Positions 1 to 10,174 of a DNA stretch of 32,000 nt are shown here, in pieces (the stretch's first letter is position 1; each line of letters starts with the position of its first letter). The translations under genes were made by a program, and so were the position numbers. Under the pieces are notes generated by a model that was not told the origin of the DNA, ran no database searches, and was given only the letters and a program-made list of their open reading frames with translations. The DNA comes from Mycolicibacterium smegmatis (GTDB lineage: Bacteria > Actinomycetota > Actinomycetes > Mycobacteriales > Mycobacteriaceae): positions 1,560,001-1,592,000 of the forward strand of contig NZ_LN831039.1 of NCBI RefSeq assembly GCF_001457595.1. The letters are read 5' to 3'.

Positions 1-2283
1 CTGATCGAGGGCGTCACCTTCGCGGTCATCACCGTGATGCTGCTGGCGGTCTACCGCTCGGTCATCACGACGCTGATCGTGCTGGCGATGGTGGTGCTGG
101 GGCTCTCCGGCGCCCGCGGGATCGTGGCATTCCTGGGTTTTTACAACGTCTTCGGGCTGACCACGTTCGCGACCAACATGGTGGTGACGCTGGCCATCGC
201 CGCGGCCACCGACTACGCGATCTTCCTGATCGGCCGCTATCAGGAGGCGCGGCGAGCCGGTGAGGACCGAGAATCGGCCTACTACACCATGTTCCACGGG
301 ACGGCCCACGTCGTTTTGGCGTCGGGTCTGACCATCGCGGGTGCGACGCTGTGCCTGCACTTCACCCGGCTGCCGTACTTCCAGACGATGGGCGTCCCGC
401 TGGCGATCGGCATGCTGATCGTGGTGGCCGCGGCGCTCACCGCCGGTCCTGCCGTGATCTCGGTGGTAAGCCGGTTCGGAAAGACCCTGGAACCCAAGCG
501 TTTCAGCCGGTCGCCGGGGTGGCACCGCGTCGGCACCGCGACCGTGCGCTGGCCCGGCGCGATCCTGGTGTGCGCGGTCGTTGCGGCACTGATCGGCCTG
601 CTCGCGCTGCCCGGTTACTACACCACCTACGACGACCGGCGCTACCTGCCCGATGACGTCCCGGCGAACGTCGGGTACGACGCGGCGTTCCGGCACTTCT
701 CGCAGGCCAAGATGAATCCCGACCTGATGATGGTCGAGACCGACCGCGATCTGCGCAACCCGGCCGACTTCCTGGTGATCGACAAGATCGCCAAGGCGCT
801 CAAGAACGTTCATGGCATCGCCCAGGTGCAGACCATCACCCGGCCCGACGGTGACCCGATCGAACACTCGACGATCCCGTACACGATCGGCCAGAGCGGC
901 ACCACGCAGATCATGAACAACGACTACATGCAGACCAACCTGGACAATCTGCTCAAGCAGGCCGACGATCTGCAGACCAGCATCGACTCGATGACCGAGA
1001 TGATGAACATCCAGACCGAGCTCGCGGCGGTGTCGCAATCGATGGCCGACAAGATGGCGCAGACGTCGGATGACACTGCGGACGTCCGGGATCATCTGGC
1101 GGACTTCGACGATTTCTTCCGCCCGATCCGCAACTACCTGTACTGGGAACCGCACTGCTACGACATCCCGATGTGCTGGTCGATGCGGTCGATCTTCGAG
1201 AGCATCGACGGCATCAACACCATGTCCGACGATTTCCAGGAACTGGTGCCCGAGATGCGGCGCATGGCCGATCTGATGCCGCGCATGGTCGCCGTGATGC
1301 CGGCACAGATCCAGTCGATGAAGAACCAGAAGCAGACGCTGCTGAACCAGTACCAGGTGCAGAAGGCCCAGCAGGATCAGAACATGGCCATGCAGGAAAA
1401 CGCCACGGCCATGAGCCAGGCGTTCGACGCGGCCAAGAACGACGACTCGTTCTATCTGCCGCCGGAGGCCTTCGAGACCGACGACTTCCAGCGGGGCATG
1501 AAGCTGTTCATGTCGCCGGACGGACATGCGGTGCGCTTCACCATCATTCACCAGGGTGACCCGCTGACCGAAGAGGGCACCGCGCGCATGGACGAACTCA
1601 AGGTCGCCGCGGCCGACGCGATCAAGGGCACCCCGTTCGAGGGTGCGCGCATCTACCTCGGCGGCAGCGCCGCGACGTACAACGACATGCAGATCGGCGC
1701 CGACTACGACCTGATCATCGTCGCGGCCTCGGCGCTGATCCTGATCTTCATCATCATGATGGTGCTCACCCGGGCCGTCGTGGCCGCGGCCGTGATCGTC
1801 GGGACGGTGGTGCTGAGCCTGGCCTCGGCGTTCGGACTGTCGGTGCTGCTGTGGCAGCACATCGTCGGGATCCCGCTGCACTGGATGGTGCTGCCGATGT
1901 CGGTGATCGTGCTGCTGGCCGTCGGCGCGGACTACAACCTGCTGCTGGTCTCGCGCATGAAAGAGGAAATCCACGCAGGCATCCGGACCGGCATCATCCG
2001 CGCCATGGTCGGCACGGGCGCGGTGGTCACCGCGGCCGGGTTGGTGTTCGCGTTCACGATGGCGTCGATGGCGGTCAGCAGCCTGATCACCATCGGGCAG
2101 GTCGGCACCACGATCGGCCTGGGCCTGCTGTTCGACACACTGGTCGTCCGCTCGCTCATGACACCGTCGATCGCGACCCTGCTGGGCCGTTGGTTCTGGT
2201 GGCCGCAGCGCGTGCGTGAGCGCCCGGTGCCGTCCAAGTGGCCGACGCCGATCCAGCGGACGCCGGAAGAGGCGCTGAGCTGA
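1..2283 (+). CDS. MmpL/RND-family transporter, 3' part (5' end outside window)
   Basis: Open frame from base 1 to TGA at 2283. Multiple hydrophobic segments and typical MmpL features ([32 protein letters not shown], long extracytoplasmic loop with PDG..ARF). Confidence 0.95.
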   Translation: MIEGVTFAVITVMLLAVYRSVITTLIVLAMVVLGLSGARGIVAFLGFYNVFGLTTFATNMVVTLAIAAATDYAIFLIGRYQEARRAGEDRESAYYTMFHGTAHVVLASGLTIAGATLCLHFTRLPYFQTMGVPLAIGMLIVVAAALTAGPAVISVVSRFGKTLEPKRFSRSPGWHRVGTATVRWPGAILVCAVVAALIGLLALPGYYTTYDDRRYLPDDVPANVGYDAAFRHFSQAKMNPDLMMVETDRDLRNPADFLVIDKIAKALKNVHGIAQVQTITRPDGDPIEHSTIPYTIGQSGTTQIMNNDYMQTNLDNLLKQADDLQTSIDSMTEMMNIQTELAAVSQSMADKMAQTSDDTADVRDHLADFDDFFRPIRNYLYWEPHCYDIPMCWSMRSIFESIDGINTMSDDFQELVPEMRRMADLMPRMVAVMPAQIQSMKNQKQTLLNQYQVQKAQQDQNMAMQENATAMSQAFDAAKNDDSFYLPPEAFETDDFQRGMKLFMSPDGHAVRFTIIHQGDPLTEEGTARMDELKVAAADAIKGTPFEGARIYLGGSAATYNDMQIGADYDLIIVAASALILIFIIMMVLTRAVVAAAVIVGTVVLSLASAFGLSVLLWQHIVGIPLHWMVLPMSVIVLLAVGADYNLLLVSRMKEEIHAGIRTGIIRAMVGTGAVVTAAGLVFAFTMASMAVSSLITIGQVGTTIGLGLLFDTLVVRSLMTPSIATLLGRWFWWPQRVRERPVPSKWPTPIQRTPEEALS

Positions 2284-2329
2284 TCTCGCCGAACTGATGA
2301 GTGTCGGGGCCGGTCACTAGACTGGCCCC

Positions 2330-3082
2330 GTGCTCATTGGCTCGCATGTAGACAACACCGATCCGCTGGCCGCGGCCGCCGCCGACGGCGCCGATGTGGT
2401 GCAGTTCTTCCTCGGCAACCCGCAGAGCTGGAAGAAACCCAAGCCGCGCGAGGACGCCGAGGTGCTCAAGGCCTCGACGATCCCGCTCTACGTGCACGCG
2501 CCGTACCTGATCAACGTCGCCTCGGCCAACAACCGGGTGCGCATCCCGTCGCGCAAGATCCTGCAGGACACGTGTGACGCGGCCGCCGAGATCGGCGCGA
2601 CCGCGGTCATCGTGCACGGCGGCCACGCCGACGACAACGACATGGAGGCCGGTTTCACCCGCTGGGTCAAGGCGCTCGACGCGCTCGACACCGATGTGCC
2701 GGTGTACCTGGAGAACACCGCGGGCGGCGACCACGCGATGGCCCGCCACTTCGACACCATCGCCCGTTTGTGGGATCACATCGGCGACAAGGGAATCGGC
2801 TTCTGCCTCGACACGTGCCACGCCTGGGCCGCCGGTGAGGCGCTGATCGACGCCGTCGAGCGCATCAAGTCCATCACGGGCCGCATCGACCTGGTGCACT
2901 GCAACGACTCGCGCGACGCGGCCGGTTCCGGCGCGGACCGGCACGCCAACTTCGGCGCAGGGCAGATCGATCCGCAGCTGCTGGCCGCGGTGGTCAAGGC
3001 CGCCGACGCTCCCGTGATCTGCGAGACGGCCGAGGCAGGACGCAAGGACGACATCGCGTTCCTGCGCGAACACGCGGGTTAG
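2330..3082 (+). CDS. nfo: Endonuclease IV / AP endonuclease (xylose-isomerase-like TIM barrel)
   Basis: GTG start; motifs [43 protein letters not shown] are typical of EndoIV. Confidence 0.93.
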   Translation: MLIGSHVDNTDPLAAAAADGADVVQFFLGNPQSWKKPKPREDAEVLKASTIPLYVHAPYLINVASANNRVRIPSRKILQDTCDAAAEIGATAVIVHGGHADDNDMEAGFTRWVKALDALDTDVPVYLENTAGGDHAMARHFDTIARLWDHIGDKGIGFCLDTCHAWAAGEALIDAVERIKSITGRIDLVHCNDSRDAAGSGADRHANFGAGQIDPQLLAAVVKAADAPVICETAEAGRKDDIAFLREHAG

Positions 3083-3175
3083 GCCCGTGCAGCCGGGCCA
3101 CGCCCGTCGACACGGTTTGAAAACGAAACCTCGCCGGAACTGTCGGTGACGACAAGGTGAACTAATGTTCGCCAA

Positions 3176-4387
3176 GTGACCGCGGTTGAGGACTCGGCAA
3201 CAGGTGTGGGACCTGAGCCAACCACCGGCGACCCGGCCGACACCCGCGATCGGGCTCGGACCCGTCGCGGTGGCATCCTGCGCATCCTGCGTTATGTGGC
3301 CATCGCGATCTGGGCCGCCGTCATCGTGTACCGCACGGTCACCGACGGATTCGCGTTCAACCGTGAGCTGCTGCTGCTCTATATCTGCACCGGGCTGCTC
3401 GCCGCGAGCATCGGCCAGGGCAAACGCATGCTGTACGTCATCCGTGACTGGCTGCCGTTCGCCCTGGTGCTCGTCGCCTACGACCTGAGCCGCGGCGCGG
3501 CCACGCTGATCGGGCGGCCCACATTGTGGCATTGGCAGGTCGACGTCGACCGTTGGCTGTTCTTCGGCACGGTGCCCACGGTGTGGCTGCAGGAACACCT
3601 CAAGCTGCCGCATCCGCCGTGGTGGGAAGTGGTGATCAGCACGGTCTACATGTCGTTCTTCATCCTGCCGTACGTGGTCGCGGGGGTGTTGTGGCTGCGC
3701 GACCGCGAGGAGTGGAAGAAGTTCGTCCGGCTGTTCGTCGGGCTGTCGTTCGCGGCGCTGGCCATCTACGCCCTGGTGCCCGCGGCACCGCCGTGGGCGG
3801 CCGCGCGCTGCACTCCCAGCGACGTCGAGGGCGGACCGTCCGGACCGCGCTGCATGTTCCGCTCGGCGCGCGGTGTGGCCGACGGCGGTCTGCTCGGGCC
3901 GATGCAGAGCAGCCAGGACGGCGCCAACGACTGGATCGAACGCATCGTGACGCGGGGCTGGGGCAAGCTGAACCTGCACAGCGCGACCGCGCTGATCGAC
4001 CAGGGGCAGGCCAGCGTGAACCTCGTCGCGGCCATCCCGTCACTGCATGCCGGTCTCACGGCAGGCGTCGCGGCGTTCCTGTGGTACCGCGTGAACCGCA
4101 AGTGGCGTCCGCTTCTCGTGGCCTACCCGCTGATCATGGCGTTCACGCTGGTCTACACGGCCGAGCACTACGTCGTCGACATCCTTCTCGGCTGGGCGCT
4201 GGCCGCGACGGTGATCTTCGTCTTCAACCGGTTCCACGCCTTCCGGCGTGGGCGGTCAGGCGAGGTAGACCTTGCGCAGCGTCTCGGTGACGGTCCACAC
4301 GGTGCTGGTGCCGGCCTTGAGTCGGCAGACGCTGCCGGGGCGCAGGTGCAGCGTGGGGCTGCCGTCGGCGAACTCGACCGAACCTGA
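3176..4387 (+). CDS. PAP2-superfamily integral membrane protein (inositol phosphorylceramide synthase-like)
   Basis: GTG start; several TM segments; PSLHAG and YTAEHYVVDILLGW motifs of PAP2 enzymes. The C-terminal ~43 aa lie antisense to the cupin gene and look non-domain-like. Confidence 0.82.
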   Translation: MTAVEDSATGVGPEPTTGDPADTRDRARTRRGGILRILRYVAIAIWAAVIVYRTVTDGFAFNRELLLLYICTGLLAASIGQGKRMLYVIRDWLPFALVLVAYDLSRGAATLIGRPTLWHWQVDVDRWLFFGTVPTVWLQEHLKLPHPPWWEVVISTVYMSFFILPYVVAGVLWLRDREEWKKFVRLFVGLSFAALAIYALVPAAPPWAAARCTPSDVEGGPSGPRCMFRSARGVADGGLLGPMQSSQDGANDWIERIVTRGWGKLNLHSATALIDQGQASVNLVAAIPSLHAGLTAGVAAFLWYRVNRKWRPLLVAYPLIMAFTLVYTAEHYVVDILLGWALAATVIFVFNRFHAFRRGRSGEVDLAQRLGDGPHGAGAGLESADAAGAQVQRGAAVGELDRT

Positions 4388-4591
4388 ACCCGCGACGACG
4401 ACGAACACCTCGTCGGCCTCGACGTCGGTCATCACCCCCGGCGTCATCTCCCACACGCCGACCTCCATGCCGCCGAACTCGTCGAGCGCGACGGCCGCGG
4501 TCTGCGGTGCTCCGCTGACTGCCTGTTCGGCCGGCACGGGCTCGTGGTCGAGTTCGAGAGTGGTGGTGTCGACGGCGGTGTTCGGTGTCAT
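4256..4591 (-). CDS. Small cupin-domain protein
   Basis: Reads MTPNTAVDTTTLELDHEP...GVWEMTPGVMTDVEADEVFVVVAGSGSVEFADGSPTLHLRPGSVCRLKAGTSTVWTVTETLRKVYLA, a cupin-2/DUF861-like pattern. The ATG at 4591 is preferred over the longer ORF start. Confidence 0.85.
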   Translation of the reverse strand: MTPNTAVDTTTLELDHEPVPAEQAVSGAPQTAAVALDEFGGMEVGVWEMTPGVMTDVEADEVFVVVAGSGSVEFADGSPTLHLRPGSVCRLKAGTSTVWTVTETLRKVYLA

Positions 4592-4715
4592 CGCAACAGT
4601 ATGCGGAGACCGAAATAGGTACCGCACTACGCGTGCCGATCGTCCTCGGCCGGTCATACGGTCCGCTCACACGACTCGTATGAGTCGCTTCGTGTGACGC
4701 TCCGCAGGAGGCATC

Positions 4716-5882
4716 GTGGTGATCACGACGGTCGCGGTCGAGGACGCGACCCGCGTACCCCAGTTCGACGCCGTGCGGCCCGTCGGCGGACCGGTGTGGG
4801 TGGCGTGGCGCGAGAGCGCTCTGACGCGTGCGTACGAACTGGAGACGCTGGTCGAGTACCTTGCCCCGGGCAATCGTCGCGACGTGGGCGGCGCGCTGTC
4901 CGGGGCGATCAGGAGTCATCTGGAGGCCGTGCGGGACGCGGCCGACAGAAAACGCGCGACGTCTGGAAGGCGTATGTGGGCCTGGCGCAACGGGCCGCTG
5001 CTCGAACGCTCGATGAGCAACCTCGATGCCGCCGAGGCGCAACTGCTCAACCTCGCGCCGCCCGAGTACCTCGCCGGGCAGATGCCGTCGCTGCTGCGAC
5101 ACGTCCAGCGCCACCTACGGACATCGGATCCGGGGCGCCAGGAACTGGAGCGTCTGGTCAAGAGCCTCGCCGGCCTCGACCGGGAGACCCAGAACGACGT
5201 CGTCACGCGGGAGCGCGACAAGATCGTCGCCACCGTGCGCGCGGCGAGCTCCGAGGGCATGCGAGAAAATCTGCGGCTCAGGAGTTTTCGCAACATCGTG
5301 GTGAGCACCACGATCCTGTTGTCGCTGCTGGCCGTCGCGCTCGGGATCATCACCTTCTACCAGCCCACGCTGTTGCCGCTGTGCTTCACGCCGCGGGACG
5401 CCAACCAGATCACCGTGGTGTGCCCGACCAATCAGTCCCCGCCGATCACACCCCAGCGGGCCGGTGTGCCGGTGCCGCCCAACGCACGCGACATCGACTA
5501 CGTCGTCGCCGACACCGTCACGCCGATGGACGTCGTCGTGATCGAGCTCGTCGGTCTTCTCGCGGCCGCGATCGCGTCCGCCGCGATGATCAGCCACGTG
5601 AAAGGCTCGTCGGAGCGGTACGGGATCCCGGTCGCGCTCGCGGCGCTCAAGCTGCCCACCGGTGCGCTCACGGCCGTCCTCGGCCTGCTGCTGATGCGCG
5701 GTCAGTTCATCCCCGGACTCAACGCGCTGGACAACCCGGGGCAGATCGTCGCGTGGGGTCTGGTGTTCGGCTACGCGCAACAACTGTTCACCAGGCTCAT
5801 CGACCAGCAGGGCCAGACTGTGCTGAACAGTGTGCGCTCGGCCGACAACACCTCGGCTGAACGGAAACCCACAGGTCGCTGA
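4716..5882 (+). CDS. Hypothetical membrane protein with N-terminal cytoplasmic helical region and C-terminal TM helices
   Basis: GTG start with AGGAGG upstream (~4706-4712). TM segments NIVVSTTILLSLLAVALGIITF, VVVIELVGLLAAAIASAAMI and LKLPTGALTAVLGLLLM. Confidence 0.8.
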   Translation: MVITTVAVEDATRVPQFDAVRPVGGPVWVAWRESALTRAYELETLVEYLAPGNRRDVGGALSGAIRSHLEAVRDAADRKRATSGRRMWAWRNGPLLERSMSNLDAAEAQLLNLAPPEYLAGQMPSLLRHVQRHLRTSDPGRQELERLVKSLAGLDRETQNDVVTRERDKIVATVRAASSEGMRENLRLRSFRNIVVSTTILLSLLAVALGIITFYQPTLLPLCFTPRDANQITVVCPTNQSPPITPQRAGVPVPPNARDIDYVVADTVTPMDVVVIELVGLLAAAIASAAMISHVKGSSERYGIPVALAALKLPTGALTAVLGLLLMRGQFIPGLNALDNPGQIVAWGLVFGYAQQLFTRLIDQQGQTVLNSVRSADNTSAERKPTGR

Positions 5883-5935
5883 GGACTGTATTACGGCTAT
5901 TGTGCGACTGTCGAAAAACTGTAACACTGGCGCGT

Positions 5936-7591
5936 ATGGCACACGATCTGTCGCTTCTTGCCTCCTCCGGCACCCATGCCGTCACCAATCAGGTGCCGCC
6001 GCTGGAGGACTACAACCCCGCCACCTCGCCCGTGCTCACCGAGGCGCTGATCCGGGAAGGCGGCGAGTGGGGACTCGATGAAGTCCATGCGCTGGGCGCG
6101 CTGAGTGGCAGCAGACAGGCTCAGCGGTGGGGCGAACTCGCCGACCGCAACCGGCCCATCCTGCACACCCATGACCGTTACGGTCACCGCATCGACGAGG
6201 TCGAGTACGACCCGGCCTACCACGAGCTGATGTCGGTGGCCGTCAGCTACGGTCTGCACGCCGCGCCGTGGGCCGACGACCGGCCGGGTGCGCACGTGGT
6301 GCGGGCCGCCAAGACCTCGGTGTGGACGCCCGAGCCGGGCCACATCTGCCCGATCTCGATGACCTATGCGGTGGTTCCCGCACTGAGGTTCAACCCCGAA
6401 CTGGCCAAGATCTACGAGCCGCTGCTCACCAGCCGGGTCTACGATCCCGAGCTCAAGATCCCGACCACCAAACTCGGCATCACCGCGGGCATGTCGATGA
6501 CAGAGAAGCAGGGCGGCTCCGATGTGCGCGCCGGCACCACGCAGGCCACCCCGAACGGCGACGGCAGCTACACGCTGACCGGGCACAAGTGGTTCACCTC
6601 GGCGCCCATGTGCGACATCTTCCTGGTGCTCGCGCAGGCCCCCGGCGGCCTCAGCTGTTTCTTCCTCCCGCGCATCCTGCCCGACGGCCGCCGCAACCGG
6701 ATGTTCCTGCAGCGCTTGAAGGACAAGCTGGGCAACCACGCCAACGCCTCCAGCGAGGTCGAGTACGACGGCGCGACGGCATGGCTGGTCGGCGAGGAGG
6801 GCCGCGGCGTGCCGACCATCATCGAGATGGTCAACCTCACCCGGCTCGACTGCACGCTGGGCAGCGCGACCAGCATGCGCAACGGTCTGTCGCGTGCCGT
6901 GCACCACGCGCAGCACCGAAAGGCGTTCGGCGCCTATCTGATCGACCAGCCGCTGATGCGCAACGTGCTCGCCGACCTCGCGATCGAAGCCGAGGCCGCC
7001 ACCATGCTCGCGATGCGCATGGCCGGCGCGACCGACAAGGCCGTGCACGGCGATGAGCGCGAGAAGCTCCTCCGCCGCATCGGTCTGGCGGCGGGCAAGT
7101 ACTGGGTGTGCAAGCGGGCGACGCCGCACGCGGCCGAGGCCATGGAATGCCTGGGCGGCAACGGTTATGTCGAGGACTCGGGCATGCCGCGGCTCTACCG
7201 TGAGGCGCCGCTCATGGGCATCTGGGAGGGCTCGGGCAACGTGAGCGCCCTGGATACCCTGCGCGCCATGGCAACCCGTCCCGAGTGCGTCGAGGTGTTG
7301 TTCGACGAGCTCGGCCAGACGGCCGGACACGACGAGCGTCTCGACGCCCATGTCGCGACGTTGCAGCGTGACCTGGGTGAGCTGGAGACCATCCAGTACC
7401 GCGCCCGCAAGGTCGCCGAGGACATCTCGCTCGCCCTGCAGGGATCGCTGCTCGTGCGCCACGGGCACCCCGCGGTCGCCGAGGCCTTCCTCGCCAGCCG
7501 CCTCGGCGGACAGTGGGGCAGTGCCTTCGGCACACTGCCCACCGGGCTGGACCTCGCGCCCATCATCGAACGCGCTCTGGTCAAGGGGTGA
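5936..7591 (+). CDS. fadE8: Acyl-CoA dehydrogenase, AidB/FadE8-like
   Basis: MAHDLSLLASSG start; SMTEKQGGSDVRAGTT, KWFTSAPMCD, LNRxxG-like region, HRKAFG, ECLGGNGYVEDSGMPRLYREAPLMGIWEGSGNV motifs typical of AidB-like ACADs; position relative to end and echA4 as in M. tuberculosis. Confidence 0.92.
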   Translation: MAHDLSLLASSGTHAVTNQVPPLEDYNPATSPVLTEALIREGGEWGLDEVHALGALSGSRQAQRWGELADRNRPILHTHDRYGHRIDEVEYDPAYHELMSVAVSYGLHAAPWADDRPGAHVVRAAKTSVWTPEPGHICPISMTYAVVPALRFNPELAKIYEPLLTSRVYDPELKIPTTKLGITAGMSMTEKQGGSDVRAGTTQATPNGDGSYTLTGHKWFTSAPMCDIFLVLAQAPGGLSCFFLPRILPDGRRNRMFLQRLKDKLGNHANASSEVEYDGATAWLVGEEGRGVPTIIEMVNLTRLDCTLGSATSMRNGLSRAVHHAQHRKAFGAYLIDQPLMRNVLADLAIEAEAATMLAMRMAGATDKAVHGDEREKLLRRIGLAAGKYWVCKRATPHAAEAMECLGGNGYVEDSGMPRLYREAPLMGIWEGSGNVSALDTLRAMATRPECVEVLFDELGQTAGHDERLDAHVATLQRDLGELETIQYRARKVAEDISLALQGSLLVRHGHPAVAEAFLASRLGGQWGSAFGTLPTGLDLAPIIERALVKG

Positions 7592-7637
7592 TCTTCTCTC
7601 GCGAAGGAAAGTCCGGGAGAAACAAGGGGGACGACGC

Positions 7638-8576
7638 ATGACGCACGCGATCCGGCCGGTCGACTTCGACAACCTCAAGACCATGACCTACGAGGTCACG
7701 GACCGGGTCGCGCGCATCACGTTCAATCGGCCCGAGAAGGGCAACGCGATCGTCGCGGACACGCCCCTGGAGTTGTCGGCGCTCGTCGAACGGGCCGACC
7801 TTGACCCGGACGTCCACGTCATCCTGGTCTCCGGGCGCGGTGAGGGGTTCTGCGCCGGATTCGACCTGAGCGCGTACGCGGAAGGCTCGTCGTCTGCCGG
7901 TGGCGGCAGCCCGTACGAGGGCACCGTGCTGTCGGGAAAGACACAGGCGCTCAACCACCTTCCGGATGAGCCGTGGGATCCGATGGTCGACTATCAGATG
8001 ATGAGCCGATTCGTTCGCGGCTTCGCGAGCCTGATGCACTGTGACAAGCCCACCGTGGTGAAGATCCACGGCTACTGCGTGGCCGGCGGCACCGACATCG
8101 CGCTGCACGCCGATCAGGTGATCGCCGCGGCCGACGCCAAGATCGGCTACCCGCCGATGCGGGTGTGGGGCGTACCGGCCGCAGGGTTGTGGGCGCACCG
8201 GCTGGGGGACCAGCGTGCGAAACGCCTGCTGTTCACCGGGGATTGCATCACCGGGGCGCAGGCCGCCGAGTGGGGACTGGCGGTCGAGGCGCCCGACCCG
8301 GCCGATCTCGACGCGCGCACCGAGCGCCTCGTCGAACGCATCGCGGCCATGCCCGTCAACCAATTGATCATGGCCAAGCTCGCATGCAACACGGCGCTGC
8401 TCAACCAGGGCGTGGCGACCAGCCAGATGGTCAGCACCGTCTTCGACGGCATCGCCCGGCACACGCCGGAAGGACATGCGTTCGTCGCGACGGCCCGCGA
8501 GCACGGGTTCCGCGAGGCCGTGCGTCGTCGCGACGAGCCGATGGGTGACCACGGACGCAGCGCTTCGGACGTGTGA
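7638..8576 (+). CDS. echA4: Enoyl-CoA hydratase/isomerase (crotonase) family
   Basis: MTHAIRPVDFDNLKTMTYEVTDRVARITFNRPEKGNAI start; GRGEGFCAGFDLSAY and HGYCVAGGTDIALHAD crotonase motifs. The ORF-track start at 7350 is too long. Confidence 0.92.
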   Translation: MTHAIRPVDFDNLKTMTYEVTDRVARITFNRPEKGNAIVADTPLELSALVERADLDPDVHVILVSGRGEGFCAGFDLSAYAEGSSSAGGGSPYEGTVLSGKTQALNHLPDEPWDPMVDYQMMSRFVRGFASLMHCDKPTVVKIHGYCVAGGTDIALHADQVIAAADAKIGYPPMRVWGVPAAGLWAHRLGDQRAKRLLFTGDCITGAQAAEWGLAVEAPDPADLDARTERLVERIAAMPVNQLIMAKLACNTALLNQGVATSQMVSTVFDGIARHTPEGHAFVATAREHGFREAVRRRDEPMGDHGRSASDV

Positions 8577-8582
8577 GGGAGC

Positions 8583-9320
8583 GTGACCGTGCCTGACGTG
8601 CGCCGGATGACCGCTCGGTCGGTGGTGCTCAGCGTGATGCTGGGTGCACATCCGGCATGGGCGAGCTCGGCTGAATTGATCAGGCTGACATCGGATTTTG
8701 GCATCCGCGAGCAGACCCTGCGGGTGGCGCTGACCAGAATGGTGAGCGCGGGGGATCTGGTGCGATCGGCCGACGGCTACCGGTTGTCGGACCGGCTGAT
8801 GGTCCGTCAGCGCAGACAGGACGACGCCATCGACCCCAAGGTGCACGATCACGACGGCGAATGGCTCACGGTGGTGGTCACCAGCGTCGGCACCGATGCC
8901 CGCACGCGCGCCTGGATGCGCAACACCCTGCAGCAGTACCGGTTCGGTGAACTACGGGAAGGGGTGTGGCTGCGGCCCGACAACTTGGACCAGGCGCTGC
9001 CCGGCGAGATCGCCGACCGGGTCCGGGTGTTGCGCACCCGCGACGACAACCCGCGTGACCTCGCCGCGCGTCTGTGGGACCTACCCGGATGGGCCCGCAC
9101 CGGCGAGCTTCTCCTCGAGGCGATGGCCGACGCCACCGACGTCCCCGCCCGGTTCGTGGTGGCCGCGGGCATCGTGCGCCACCTGTTGGTCGATCCCGTG
9201 CTGCCCGACGATCTGCTGCCCGCCTCGTGGCCGGGCGCGGCGTTGCGCGCCGCGTACAACGACTTCGCCGCCGAACTCGTCGCGCGGCGTGACCGCACCG
9301 AACTGATGGAGGCGACGTGA
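8583..9320 (+). CDS. PaaX-family transcriptional regulator
   Basis: GTG start after GAGGGA. LMLGAHPAWASSAELIRLTSDFGIREQTLRVALTRMVSAGDLVRSADGYRLSDRLMVRQRRQD matches PaaX-like wHTH architecture. Overlaps next start (GTGA). Confidence 0.88.
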   Translation: MTVPDVRRMTARSVVLSVMLGAHPAWASSAELIRLTSDFGIREQTLRVALTRMVSAGDLVRSADGYRLSDRLMVRQRRQDDAIDPKVHDHDGEWLTVVVTSVGTDARTRAWMRNTLQQYRFGELREGVWLRPDNLDQALPGEIADRVRVLRTRDDNPRDLAARLWDLPGWARTGELLLEAMADATDVPARFVVAAGIVRHLLVDPVLPDDLLPASWPGAALRAAYNDFAAELVARRDRTELMEAT

Positions 9321-10081
9321 GCGAACCCGTCCGGATCGAACGCAACGGCCCGGTCACCACGGTCATCATCGACCGACCCGAGGCGAGGAACGCGGTGAAC
9401 GGCCCGACCGCCGCGGCGCTGTTCGCCGCGTTCGAGGAGTTCGACGCCGACGACACCGCGTCGGTGGCGGTGTTGACCGGCGCGAACGGAACATTCTGCG
9501 CGGGAGCCGATCTGAAGGCGTTCGGTACGCCCGAGGCGAACCAGGTGCACCGCGAAGGTCCCGGGCCGATGGGCCCGAGCCGGATGGACCTGTCGAAACC
9601 GGTGATCGCGGCGATCAGCGGATACGCCGTCGCAGGTGGCCTCGAACTTGCGCTGTGGTGTGACCTGCGCGTGGTCGACGAGGACGCCACGATGGGTGTG
9701 TTCTGCCGGCGCTGGGGCGTACCGCTCATCGACGGCGGGACAGTGCGCCTACCGCGGCTGATCGGGCACAGCCGCGCGATGGACCTGATCCTCACCGGGC
9801 GCGCGGTCGACGCAGCCGAGGCGTATGCGATAGGGCTGGCCAACCGTGTGGTCCCCACCGGGCAGGCCCGCCAGGCGGCCGAGGAACTCGCCGCCGAACT
9901 CGCGCGTCTGCCCCAGCAGTGCATGCGGGCCGACCGCCTGTCGGCTCTGCACCAGTGGGGCGAATCAGAGAAGGCGGCAATGGATTTCGAGTTCGCCTCC
10001 ATATCGCGGGTCAAGGACGAGGCCATGCACGGGGCGGGACGGTTCGCCGCGGGCGCAGGCCGCCACGGAGCGAACGCGTGA
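9317..10081 (+). CDS. echA5: Enoyl-CoA hydratase/isomerase (crotonase) family
   Basis: VSEPVRIERNGPVTTVIIDRPEARNAVNGPT; GTFCAGADLKAF; SGYAVAGGLELALWCDLRV motifs; translational overlap with upstream PaaX-like gene. Confidence 0.92.
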   Translation: MSEPVRIERNGPVTTVIIDRPEARNAVNGPTAAALFAAFEEFDADDTASVAVLTGANGTFCAGADLKAFGTPEANQVHREGPGPMGPSRMDLSKPVIAAISGYAVAGGLELALWCDLRVVDEDATMGVFCRRWGVPLIDGGTVRLPRLIGHSRAMDLILTGRAVDAAEAYAIGLANRVVPTGQARQAAEELAAELARLPQQCMRADRLSALHQWGESEKAAMDFEFASISRVKDEAMHGAGRFAAGAGRHGANA

Positions 10082-10174
10082 TCCGCGCTCGTAACGCCAC
10101 GGCGGTCTCGGGCCGATTTTTCCGCCGTGGCGTTGCGAGCGGCGAGCAGACACAGCCACCGGGCGCTCTGAGAG

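Noticed and set aside
2156-3979. 607-aa minus-strand ORF over endonuclease IV and PAP2-like genes
   Set aside because: Spans two convincing plus-strand genes; composition typical of an antisense artefact.
5897-7684. 595-aa minus ORF opposite fadE8-like gene
   Set aside because: No recognisable domain; the plus strand has clear acyl-CoA dehydrogenase motifs.
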